The notes under the pieces are model-generated. The model did no database searches, had not been told where the DNA came from, and worked only from the letters and a program-made list of their open reading frames with translations. 31,032 nt of DNA from a virus (Duplodnaviria; Caudoviricetes), in the IMG/VR virus record IMGVR_UViG_3300031553_000024, positions 1 to 31,032 of that record; one strand, 5' to 3'. A program made the position numbers and the translations under genes. This document shows positions 8,403 to 16,246 of the stretch, piece by piece; the stretch's first letter is position 1, and the number at the start of each line of letters is the position of its first letter.

Positions 8403-9257
8403 GTGTGGTTCGGGGGCAAAGGGAATATGAGAGCGAAGCTGCTTCCTCTTTTCCCGCCTCACCACACCTATGTCGAGCCCTTCGGCGGCGCCGCCTCGAT
8501 GCTGTTCGGCAAGAAACCGTCGCCGGTCGAGGTCTACAACGATCTGGACTCGGGGCTGGTAGAATTCTTCCGCGCCCTCCGGGATCCCGAACAGGCAAAA
8601 GAGCTACAACGGCTCGCCTCACTCACGCCCTATGCACGGGAGGAATATGACTACTGTCGAGCCCACTGGCAGGAGGAGACTGACCCTGTGCGGCGCGCCT
8701 GGCAGTGGTTCGTCGTGGCGAGGATGTCATTCGGCGGCCATTTTGGGCACAGTTGGGGCAGCGTCGTCACCCTATCGAGGTCCGGCAAGGCCGCCACGGC
8801 GAGTCCATGGCTGTCCGCCATAAAGGGCCTGCCCGAAGCCCACGAACGGCTTATGCGGGTGCAGATAGAGCATCAGGACTGGCAGACCATCCTGGAACGC
8901 TATGACACGCCAGAAACGCTGTTCTACTGCGACCCGCCGTATGTGCATAGCACGCGTTCTTCTGGGAAATATGATCACGAAATGACGGATGAAGATCACG
9001 AGATGTTCATCGCCAAGTTGTTGGAGACTGAGGGCATGGCGGTCGTGTCCGGGTATGAACATCCGATTTACCGCGCGCTGGACGATGCCGACTGGAAACG
9101 CTATGAATGGCAAACTGTCTCTTTTGCAGCAGCCAAAACGCGGGCCACAGGGATCCAGGGCAAGGGGTCTGCGCTGCGCATGCAGCCGCGTACCGAGGTG
9201 GCCTGGGTGAAGCCCTGGGCTATCGAGCGATTGCCACTGTTCGCGAATGGGCGATGA
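8403..9257 (+). CDS. dam: Dam-type (D12 class) DNA adenine methyltransferase
   Basis: WFGGK, YVEPFGG, EVYNDLD, FYCDPPY, VSGY motifs. Confidence 0.92.
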   Translation: MWFGGKGNMRAKLLPLFPPHHTYVEPFGGAASMLFGKKPSPVEVYNDLDSGLVEFFRALRDPEQAKELQRLASLTPYAREEYDYCRAHWQEETDPVRRAWQWFVVARMSFGGHFGHSWGSVVTLSRSGKAATASPWLSAIKGLPEAHERLMRVQIEHQDWQTILERYDTPETLFYCDPPYVHSTRSSGKYDHEMTDEDHEMFIAKLLETEGMAVVSGYEHPIYRALDDADWKRYEWQTVSFAAAKTRATGIQGKGSALRMQPRTEVAWVKPWAIERLPLFANGR

Positions 9258-9272
9258 TAGGCGCGAAAGCCA

Positions 9273-9301
9273 TTGACAACCCGAGCGATATCGGGTATAC
9301 T
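9273..9301 (+). promoter_or_regulatory. sigma70-type promoter with palindromic spacer
   Basis: TTGACA, 17 bp, TATACT; ACCCGA-N6-TCGGGT inverted repeat at 9279-9296. Confidence 0.75.
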
Positions 9302-9489
9302 ACAGTTACGTTAGATGAGCTCTTTTGCAAACGGCGCTGGCAACGCCCATAGATATGTCTGGCAATGGGACCCGCTCTTGAGCGATGTCCTTTTGTCGCC
9401 CGGTGCCAGACACGGGATTGCCACTAGGACAAAGGACATCGCTGAGGGGCGGGTTGCTGTTTGTCTGCGACCGCGGCGAGAGAGGAGAC

Positions 9490-9822
9490 GTGGTGGAGGA
9501 TAATGTTATGATGGAGACAAGGGCTGAAAAGATCATGCGCGACATCCCAGACCCCGCCCCGTGGCCGGATGTGCGCAGGGCAGAGTCCACACAATACGGT
9601 GCGTGCTATGCTGACCCCCACTGCTGCAGCATGTCATGGATAGGATCTATCCATGACATGCTTGCCATTTATAACAGCTTCGTGAGTGGCCACGCATACA
9701 GGTGGGTCTCGCCACGCGAAGAAGACAGGACTCTGCTTTTGACAGAGAGGAGAATCTGGCGCGTCAAGCATGTCGATGATTCCGCCGTAATAGTACTGCA
9801 TTTCTACATGAGGGTTGAGTAA
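9490..9822 (+). CDS. hypothetical protein
   Basis: GAGGAG RBS before GTG; start uncertain. Confidence 0.5.
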   Translation: MVEDNVMMETRAEKIMRDIPDPAPWPDVRRAESTQYGACYADPHCCSMSWIGSIHDMLAIYNSFVSGHAYRWVSPREEDRTLLLTERRIWRVKHVDDSAVIVLHFYMRVE

Positions 9823-9890
9823 GCACAAGAGGGCAATGCAGAGAAGGCGGCCATTCGTATTGGAGAGGGGAGGGATATGAAGGAGGGATC

Positions 9891-10214
9891 ATGGCAGCAG
9901 ATTGTCTAGACCCGGGCCGGATCTGTATAGACAAGACCGTCATCACCGAGCATGGGCGGGAACTTGGCGGGCTGGGCATAGCGCTCTATTGCGTGCTGGC
10001 CATTCATGATGCGGAGGCAGCCGAGAGCCGGTTGGGATGGCATCACTGGGCCGCTAGGGACCGCCCCTCATATGCAGAACTGGGCAGATTGCTGGGGGCC
10101 AACAGGCAGACGGTGGCCAAGTATATGGCCCGGCTCAGGAAGGCGGGGATAGTGGCGATGACGCCAGAGGGCGACGTGCTGGAGCCACAGTATGAGGGAA
10201 GGCGCGAGCGATGA
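9891..10214 (+). CDS. winged HTH DNA-binding protein
   Basis: LYCVL...PSYAELGRLLGANRQTVAKYMARLRKAG; AGGAGG RBS. Confidence 0.75.
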   Translation: MAADCLDPGRICIDKTVITEHGRELGGLGIALYCVLAIHDAEAAESRLGWHHWAARDRPSYAELGRLLGANRQTVAKYMARLRKAGIVAMTPEGDVLEPQYEGRRER

Positions 10215-11305
10215 TAGGAGACGAAAGCATGACAGGCACAGCGCGAAGACTCAAGCGCGCCATTATCCGTGAAGAACTAGTCGCGCTGACAGGGGACACT
10301 CTGTCAGCGTTGATCTTGAACCAGTTTCTCTACTGGTCCGAGCGGGTCCGCGACTTTGACAAGTTCATCGCAGAGGAGAAGAAACGCGACCCGGGCTTGC
10401 AGATGCCGCCGACTCACGGCTGGATCTACAAAACCGCCGCGCAGCTCCGGGAAGAAATCATGTCCACGGCCTCGGAGAGCACCATTAGCAGACGTCTACA
10501 GGGCCTTGTACGGGCTGGGATCCTCTGGCGTCGGCGCAACCCCGAATATAAGTGGGACCGAACCTGGCAGTACCGAGTCAACTTGGAATGCCTTCGTGAT
10601 GGCCTCGCGGGGCTTGGCTATCCGCTAGGGGGGTGGCGTTTTGTAGAGCAGGGAGGGCTCCCAGAGGCTTCCGATAGTCACCTTGCAGCGTCGATAACGC
10701 AAGGTGACGAATCGACAGTGCACCCTGCGCGAGCAATACCAGAGATTACTACAGAGATTACAGACATAGTAGCCTCCCTCCCTTCCGGTCGGGAGGGGAA
10801 AGACTCCACCGGAGTACCGGTGGAGGACGCGCCGCAAAAACGGCGACGTCGCGCCCCCGATCCCCGATCCGATAGCCCCGCTATTCAGGCGTTCCGCTCC
10901 GTGGTGAAAAGATACCCGAAAAAAGCTTTGTACGATGTCATCATAGAGGCGCTGGGAGAAACGCCAGATCTGAAGCGACTGTCCTCATGCTATTGTGAAT
11001 GGCTTGAGAGAGGATACAATGGGAATAGTTACAAATGGCTAACCGAGTGGTACACAGCAGGCGTGCCAGCGAAGCATAGGGGGGCGCGCGCCTCTCCTGT
11101 CGCAGACGGGTCCGAATCGATGTTTGAACGGATGGACCGCATCCTACTGGAGGACCTAGGCAATCATGGCGACAGAGGAAACGCTGACCACAGTGTTCAG
11201 GATATTGATGCGGGCGTATCCCGACCACGTGGCGAAATGGCTCCAAAGGGGAACCGATCTAGTAGAGACGAAACGCCTCTACTCCAGATTCCTGGCGGAC
11301 CTTGA
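10211..11305 (+). CDS. phage replication initiator / replisome organizer
   Basis: N-terminal wHTH (ALILNQFLYWS...GWIYKT...TISRRL..LV..G), IPEITTEIT linker; precedes the loader-inhibitor gene. Confidence 0.75.
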   Translation: MIGDESMTGTARRLKRAIIREELVALTGDTLSALILNQFLYWSERVRDFDKFIAEEKKRDPGLQMPPTHGWIYKTAAQLREEIMSTASESTISRRLQGLVRAGILWRRRNPEYKWDRTWQYRVNLECLRDGLAGLGYPLGGWRFVEQGGLPEASDSHLAASITQGDESTVHPARAIPEITTEITDIVASLPSGREGKDSTGVPVEDAPQKRRRRAPDPRSDSPAIQAFRSVVKRYPKKALYDVIIEALGETPDLKRLSSCYCEWLERGYNGNSYKWLTEWYTAGVPAKHRGARASPVADGSESMFERMDRILLEDLGNHGDRGNADHSVQDIDAGVSRPRGEMAPKGNRSSRDETPLLQIPGGP

Positions 11306-11759
11306 TGACACGATGCTGATAGCGGGGACTGAAGCGCACATCGCGCATAGCAAGTGGTGGCCAAAGGTATCCGAGCTGCGCGAGTCATGTGCGGAGCTGT
11401 CGGCCAGACGCGACGGGGTCCCTACGGCATTTGAAGCATGGGCAGAGGTGACCAAGCAGGTGCGCCGCTGCCCCGGGCAACGCAACTGGTCGAACGAACT
11501 GATTCCGTTGGCCATGGACGGCATTGGTGGGATGCAAGCCTATGGCCTGTCGCCGGTGGACCAGACGAGTGCTTGGCGGGCCCGATTTTACCAGAGTTAT
11601 GAGAGCCTGATAAAACGAGAGCGCTATCGTATAATGCTCCCCGTCATGACACGGAGTCGTGTAGGCGGGGCGTTGACAGACGGGGGTAGCGAACATGAGG
11701 CAGATGCTGATGGACGTGCGCTATTGTCGTATGTGCGGGAGAACGATGGCCAGAGATAG
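11166..11759 (+). CDS. replicative helicase loader/inhibitor (SPP1 G39P-like)
   Basis: LADLD...SKWWPKVSELRE...EAWAEV...IGG...RARF.Q.YE; synteny with the initiator. Confidence 0.72.
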   Translation: MATEETLTTVFRILMRAYPDHVAKWLQRGTDLVETKRLYSRFLADLDDTMLIAGTEAHIAHSKWWPKVSELRESCAELSARRDGVPTAFEAWAEVTKQVRRCPGQRNWSNELIPLAMDGIGGMQAYGLSPVDQTSAWRARFYQSYESLIKRERYRIMLPVMTRSRVGGALTDGGSEHEADADGRALLSYVRENDGQR

Positions 11760-11774
11760 TGGAAGGAGAACACG

Positions 11775-11930
11775 ATGAGGCGTATCGCGGCGCGGCTGCG
11801 CTATTGTCGCACCTGTAAGAAGAAGACCGTGCACCTACGCAAGGGCTCGCTGGGCAGTGGTGTGTGGTGGGTGTGCGCGCGTTGCCACAGGGAGACTATG
11901 TCTGTGAGGGCGGCGCGTGGCACAGCATGA
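11775..11930 (+). CDS. zinc-ribbon protein (51 aa)
   Basis: Own translation MRRIAARLRYCRTCKKKTVH...WVCARCH; AAGGAG RBS. Confidence 0.6.
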   Translation: MRRIAARLRYCRTCKKKTVHLRKGSLGSGVWWVCARCHRETMSVRAARGTA

Positions 11931-11943
11931 ATCATGGAGGAGT

Positions 11944-12030
11944 ATGATGGTGTGGCCTGTGGCAATCGTGGCTTGGGCGCTGTTAGTCGTGTTGGCGGTG
12001 GAGTATTCGCGACGGGGCATGGATGTCTGA
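11944..12030 (+). CDS. putative membrane peptide (28 aa)
   Basis: MMVWPVAIVAWALLVVLAVEYSRRGMDV; GGAGGAG RBS. Confidence 0.4.
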   Translation: MMVWPVAIVAWALLVVLAVEYSRRGMDV

Positions 12031-12094
12031 GAGATGAAAGCTAGCAGGGCGATTTGTAGACGGAAGCGACGTTACGGATGACATAGGGGGTAGG

Positions 12095-12313
12095 GTGAGA
12101 GAGTTGCTCAGGACGGATTTGGCGGGGAAAGTGGCTTTGCTGGCGACGCAGGGCGAATTCGAGTTGCTCGCCAAGTTGGGGTTACTGAATGAGGAGTTCA
12201 ACGTAACATGGGTGGAGACGCAGTGTGAGAAGTGGTTGCAGACACGGAGGGAACCGGAAGTTACAGAGGGCGGGTTTGTGGTTTGGCTAAGGCGTCTATT
12301 GCTGGGATGGTAG
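12095..12313 (+). CDS. hypothetical protein, paralog A
   Basis: Clear similarity to 12414-12713. Confidence 0.55.
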   Translation: MRELLRTDLAGKVALLATQGEFELLAKLGLLNEEFNVTWVETQCEKWLQTRREPEVTEGGFVVWLRRLLLGW

Positions 12314-12413
12314 ATTGTTGAGGGGCTTATCGGGCGGCTAGGGACCCCGCGTGGCAGTGGTAGCGAGCACAGGGCTGACGGTGACGTCATGAACGATATG
12401 GAGGGGAGGGGCG

Positions 12414-12713
12414 ATGGAATGGATTGGGGCGGATCCCCAGGCGCAAAAAGTAGTGTTGGTGGCGAGAGAGGGCGAACTGGAATTGCTTCAGGCGCTGGGC
12501 GTGATGGATGACAAGTTCGAGGTAACATGGGTCAATAACCCTTGGGAGAAGTGGGTGAAAAAAGAGAGGAAACTGGAAGTTAGAGAACACAACGCGCGGG
12601 CCTTAGCGAAGCTCTATCGGGACCTTGGCTTAGCGTCGTGTGCCGAGTCAGAGGGGAAACGGCAAGACCAGACACGATACCAGAAGCCCCCTGCAGAAGG
12701 AGAAGGAGGATGA
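12414..12713 (+). CDS. hypothetical protein, paralog B
   Basis: KVVLVAREGELELLQALGVMDDKFEVTWV vs KVALLATQGEFELLAKLGLLNEEFNVTWV; GGAGGGG RBS. Confidence 0.6.
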   Translation: MEWIGADPQAQKVVLVAREGELELLQALGVMDDKFEVTWVNNPWEKWVKKERKLEVREHNARALAKLYRDLGLASCAESEGKRQDQTRYQKPPAEGEGG

Positions 12714-12827
12714 CGCATAGGGCGTGGTTGCAGAGCTGTGGATCATCGCTATATGGAGGAGGCGGCATAGAAGATAAGGGCGCGAGATTGGGGGCGAAGC
12801 GACGGCAATCAAAAAAGGGGAGGAACA

Positions 12828-13496
12828 ATGGACCGCTACGATGTGCAACTGACATTCACAAGGGCGCTGCTAGGCGCAGTGCCACTTGATCCTGAGCTCT
12901 ATCGGAGATGGATTATAGATCATCGGGGGATCGACCCAGAGCAGGCGGCGGACGAACTCGAATCGGCGGCATTGGGATTTGAGGGGATCGATGAGGAGAC
13001 GACGAAGGGCACGACAGGATTCCACAGGACACCTGTCGGGGAGCCTGCATTGTATGACTACGTGCTGAAAGGGTTTTTCAAGGACGCCTGCGGGATGCTT
13101 CGGCGCGATACTAGCTCGGCAAGCGCCAAGGTGCGGGCCTACAAGAAGGTCATCGATGGGATGGTATTTGTAGAGCCACGGCTAATTCCTCTGGGCCTGA
13201 AGGGGCAAGACGCCAGTGAGTCGCCCGTATCGACAATGGGGCTCTGGGAATGGGCAGGCGACGAGGGCGTGCTTACGCGGCCATTGCGTGGACAAACGGC
13301 ACAAGGCGAGCGCGTCGCATTGGCAAGGAGCATCGCCGTCCCGGCAGGCACCACCATGGAATTTCGCGTATTGATTCTCGGGGTGGTGAAGCAAAGCCTG
13401 CTAGAGGAATGGTTCACTTACGGCGCGCTGCGTGGTCTCGGGCAGTGGAGAAACGGGGGGTGGGGTTCCTTCGAGTATGAGTTGACAAAGCGATAG
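12828..13496 (+). CDS. solitary Cas7/RAMP-superfamily RNA-binding protein
   Basis: First strand YDVQLTF..ALLG; GEPALYDYVLKGFFKDA (compare RAMP G.P.IPGSSLKG..R); AVPAGTTMEFRV; C-terminal Gly-rich loop GLGQWRNGGWGSF; GGAGG RBS. Confidence 0.8.
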   Translation: MDRYDVQLTFTRALLGAVPLDPELYRRWIIDHRGIDPEQAADELESAALGFEGIDEETTKGTTGFHRTPVGEPALYDYVLKGFFKDACGMLRRDTSSASAKVRAYKKVIDGMVFVEPRLIPLGLKGQDASESPVSTMGLWEWAGDEGVLTRPLRGQTAQGERVALARSIAVPAGTTMEFRVLILGVVKQSLLEEWFTYGALRGLGQWRNGGWGSFEYELTKR

Positions 13497-13748
13497 CGAT
13501 GCAATGCAGCGCGTCGCCGCGGCGACGCGCTGCACAGCAAAGGCGTGGCCGGGCGACGCGCTGCAGCGCGGAGCAGCGCGCAGCACAGCAAGGGCGACGC
13601 ACGGCGATGCGTCGCACAGCAAAGGCGGGGCGGGGCGCTGCAGCGCGCGGCACAGCAAAGGCGGGGCACGGCGCAGCAGCGCGCAGCACAGCAAGGGCGA
13701 GGCGCTGCGGGGCGACGCGCAGCCCAGCATAGGCACAGCGATGGCAAC
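13496..13748 (+). repeat. 5-nt-periodic GCR-NN array with 11-nt anchors; candidate guide/ncRNA locus
   Basis: 49 consecutive GC-led modules, 46 with a purine at position 3; GCACAGCAA(A/G)G at 13532, 13583, 13614, 13650, 13686; degenerate copies at 13722 and 13733. Confidence 0.9.
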
Positions 13749-13749
13749 G

Positions 13750-13779
13750 TTGACGAGTGGCGGAAACAGGCCCTAAAAT
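13750..13779 (+). promoter_or_regulatory. possible sigma70 promoter right after the array
   Basis: TTGACG, 18 bp, TAAAAT; followed by AGGAGG and GTG 13805. Confidence 0.45.
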
Positions 13780-13804
13780 GTGAGAGGAGGCCGACGGAAT
13801 CCCA

Positions 13805-14260
13805 GTGGCTAAATCGTGTAGCGTTTGTGAGCATCCGGACCGCGAAGCCATCGACAAGGCATTGCGCGAGGGCGTTACGCCATACAAGTTGGCTCAGCGG
13901 TATGGCCTTCCCAAGGAATCCTTGCGGCGCCATAGAACCAATCATGTGGGGATGCCGACTGTCAAAGAAGGCTTGATCTCGTGGGGGCCGAGGCGCACCA
14001 GGGCCATCTCTGCTTGGTGGGACGGGCAAGGTGGTAACGTGAAGGGGATGGCGGCGCGGATCCAGAACCTAACCGCTGACGTTGATCCTGTTCAGCGGTT
14101 GGCGGGGGCGGTCATTGCCTCCGCCCGTGCAGCGGCGGACCGAGAGTTCTTTGGCCTCGGAGAGGACGCGGAGCTTGCAGCGGATGGCCAGTTCTGGATC
14201 GCTCTGGCGGAGCTGGATCCGGAGCGCGTGGCCAGCCTTGTAAAGGGATTGGGGGGGTGA
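13805..14260 (+). CDS. CxxC-H/HTH DNA-binding protein (TerS-like N-terminus)
   Basis: CSVCEHPDREAIDKAL..G.....LAQRYGL....LRRH..NH. Confidence 0.65.
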   Translation: MAKSCSVCEHPDREAIDKALREGVTPYKLAQRYGLPKESLRRHRTNHVGMPTVKEGLISWGPRRTRAISAWWDGQGGNVKGMAARIQNLTADVDPVQRLAGAVIASARAAADREFFGLGEDAELAADGQFWIALAELDPERVASLVKGLGG

Positions 14261-14315
14261 TGATGAAAGACGATATATTGCCCATGGCGTTCCCCGCAAC
14301 AGGAGGTAAAGCGCG

Positions 14316-14969
14316 ATGGAGAGGCACACATCGTTCGATGCGATCGTCCATGGGTTCCGCTTCCCCAACTTTTTCGAGGTCTCGCTGTGCTTCGAGCTGC
14401 CCCTGGTCGGACCGATCGACATAGGACGGATCATCTACGGGCTCTGTGGCGGGATGAGCTATGCGGCGCTGGACTATTTTCACGCGGACATCTCAGTTCC
14501 CACTGTGGACACCCAGCCCGCCTTTGGCGACCCCCTCTACGCCTACCTGTGGCGTCGGCAACTGGACACCCTCAGATGGCCCGATGTGCCTATGCGCATT
14601 TTGGAATGGATGCTTCGAAAGGATGCGGACGTGGCTCGGCGGACCTGCATGCGCGAGTTCCCCAAGGTGCGTCGAAGGATCGACAAGATGGAGCCCGCGG
14701 TCTTGCTGTTGATCCGGGGTGCCGGGGTCAGCAGCCCCACGGTAAACCACCAGGTCGTGGCGACCGGGTACGTCCTTGATGAGACGACTCAGGGCCTGCG
14801 CATTTCGCTATACGACCCAAACTACCCGGGCGAGACGCCGGAGCTGACGCTGAATCTGTCGCCAGCACACCGAGAGGAGGCACCACAACACAGCAAATCG
14901 GGTGCGGGCATACGGGGTTTTTTCGTGCTAAACTATCGCCCGCGCAAGCGCGAACTACCGACGGATTAG
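14316..14969 (+). CDS. putative papain-fold cysteine peptidase-like protein
   Basis: GLCGGM ... NHQVVATGY ... LYDPN in Cys-His-Asp order; AGGAGG RBS. Confidence 0.6.
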   Translation: MERHTSFDAIVHGFRFPNFFEVSLCFELPLVGPIDIGRIIYGLCGGMSYAALDYFHADISVPTVDTQPAFGDPLYAYLWRRQLDTLRWPDVPMRILEWMLRKDADVARRTCMREFPKVRRRIDKMEPAVLLLIRGAGVSSPTVNHQVVATGYVLDETTQGLRISLYDPNYPGETPELTLNLSPAHREEAPQHSKSGAGIRGFFVLNYRPRKRELPTD

Positions 14970-15002
14970 GAGGCGGCCGAATGACGGACAGTGGAGGGCG
15001 TG

Positions 15003-15635
15003 ATGGCTAGACCGGTCTTTGTGGTCGGCATGCACCGCAGCGGCACCAGCATGGTGGCAGGGATATTGGCGCATCTGGGGATTCCCATGGGGCATAACCT
15101 GACAGCGGCAGACTGGTCCAATCCATATGGTCATTATGAGGACAAACAGTTCACGGCCATCAATCGGGACGGCTTGCGGGCAGCCGGTGGAGACTGGCGG
15201 CATCCGCCCTTGCCTTGGGCGATTAGCGGCGCGGGCATGGCCTCCCGGGCGCGTGAATATATCGCCCGGCGGGAAGAAGATATAGGAAAGGATGCGTACT
15301 GGGGTGCTAAGGACCCACGCATGGCTCTAACGCTGCACGTTTGGTTGCCATTGCTGGGCGGGGCACGATGGATTATTGTTAGGCGTCCTCTAAATGAAAT
15401 CTGCGCCTCACTCGCGAAGCGGAATCAAATGCCGGAGTCGGAGGCAATAGAGCTTTGGGCGCATTACATCGCAGCGATTAGCCTCGGGCTGATTGATGAA
15501 TCAGAAGCGGATGTGTGCGTCGCGCATTATAAGGAGATCACTGGGGAGCCACGCCAGGGCGTCGAGAGGCTCGCCGAGTGGCTTGGGGTTCCTTGTACCG
15601 AAGAGGCGATTCAGCATGTGAGGAGAAAGCAATGA
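15003..15635 (+). CDS. sulfotransferase family protein
   Basis: VVGMHRSGTS (PAPS 5'-PSB loop), GHYED, WGAKDPR, R.P....ASL. Confidence 0.85.
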   Translation: MARPVFVVGMHRSGTSMVAGILAHLGIPMGHNLTAADWSNPYGHYEDKQFTAINRDGLRAAGGDWRHPPLPWAISGAGMASRAREYIARREEDIGKDAYWGAKDPRMALTLHVWLPLLGGARWIIVRRPLNEICASLAKRNQMPESEAIELWAHYIAAISLGLIDESEADVCVAHYKEITGEPRQGVERLAEWLGVPCTEEAIQHVRRKQ

Positions 15636-16246
15636 GCGTTCTGCCAGTCGTAATGGTGACACCGGCCTTGCCAGAATCCGCCATAAGGCGTTGGGGTGAC
15701 GAGGAGATATTGGAGCAGATCGTAGTCTGGGATACGAAATGTCAGCGCTATACAAGGACAGTGAATCGAGGCATTCGGATAGCATTGCAGCGAGCACGTG
15801 CGGATGTTTACGATAAGGAACTGGAATATATCTTATTGGCAAATGATGATTGCCAGCCACAGACGGCCAATTGGATCGCAGAGTTGATCTGGGCTATGGC
15901 TCAGAACGAAAGCCTGGGCTATGTCGCACCGGGCCAGCCATGCCGCACCGAAGGGATGATGGAAGCGACAGGGCCAACCGAGACACCCCAAATCAAGGAA
16001 ATATTCGCTGTCCCCTTCGGATGCGTGCTGATTCGGCGCAGTGTCTTTAGGGACGTCGGCTTATTGGATGAGAGATTCCGGCACTATGCGTCGGATACGG
16101 ATCATCAATATCGCGCCAGGGCGTTTGGCTGGAAGAGCGCATGGTGCCCACATGTCTGGGTTGATAGGGAGGCACATGCGCCAAAACTAATGGACCTATG
16201 GCAAGAGGACCGAAAGTTATTCTATGGGCGGTGGGGCAATGAGTGA
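15632..16246 (+). CDS. glycosyltransferase, GT-A/GT2-like
   Basis: VNRGI, LLANDD, CVLIRRSVFRDVGLLDERF..Y.SDTD...RA...GW. Confidence 0.85.
   Translation: MSVLPVVMVTPALPESAIRRWGDEEILEQIVVWDTKCQRYTRTVNRGIRIALQRARADVYDKELEYILLANDDCQPQTANWIAELIWAMAQNESLGYVAPGQPCRTEGMMEATGPTETPQIKEIFAVPFGCVLIRRSVFRDVGLLDERFRHYASDTDHQYRARAFGWKSAWCPHVWVDREAHAPKLMDLWQEDRKLFYGRWGNE

Noticed and set aside
10740-10823. Replication origin iterons (CAGAGATTAC x2; CCACCGG-N4-CCGGTGG) in the initiator gene
   Set aside because: Only two copies, explained by the PEITTEIT peptide; no AT-rich unwinding tract; insufficient support.
1338-12037. Genome-wide stop-codon reassignment suggested by in-frame stops at 1353, 8382 and 12035
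   Set aside because: The stops are of different types (TGA and TAG), and many clear genes end in TGA or TAG with coupled starts.
13532-13743. Canonical CRISPR array
   Set aside because: Anchors are only 11 nt and the intervening segments are themselves periodic GCR-NN rather than unique spacers; no cas1/cas2.
13401-14029. Multiple overlapping ORFs on both strands across the array (e.g. 13499-13732, 13504-13776, 13545-13976)
   Set aside because: Low-complexity Ala/Arg/Gln/Cys translations caused by a stop-poor repeat; no RBS; the 5-nt period is not codon-compatible.
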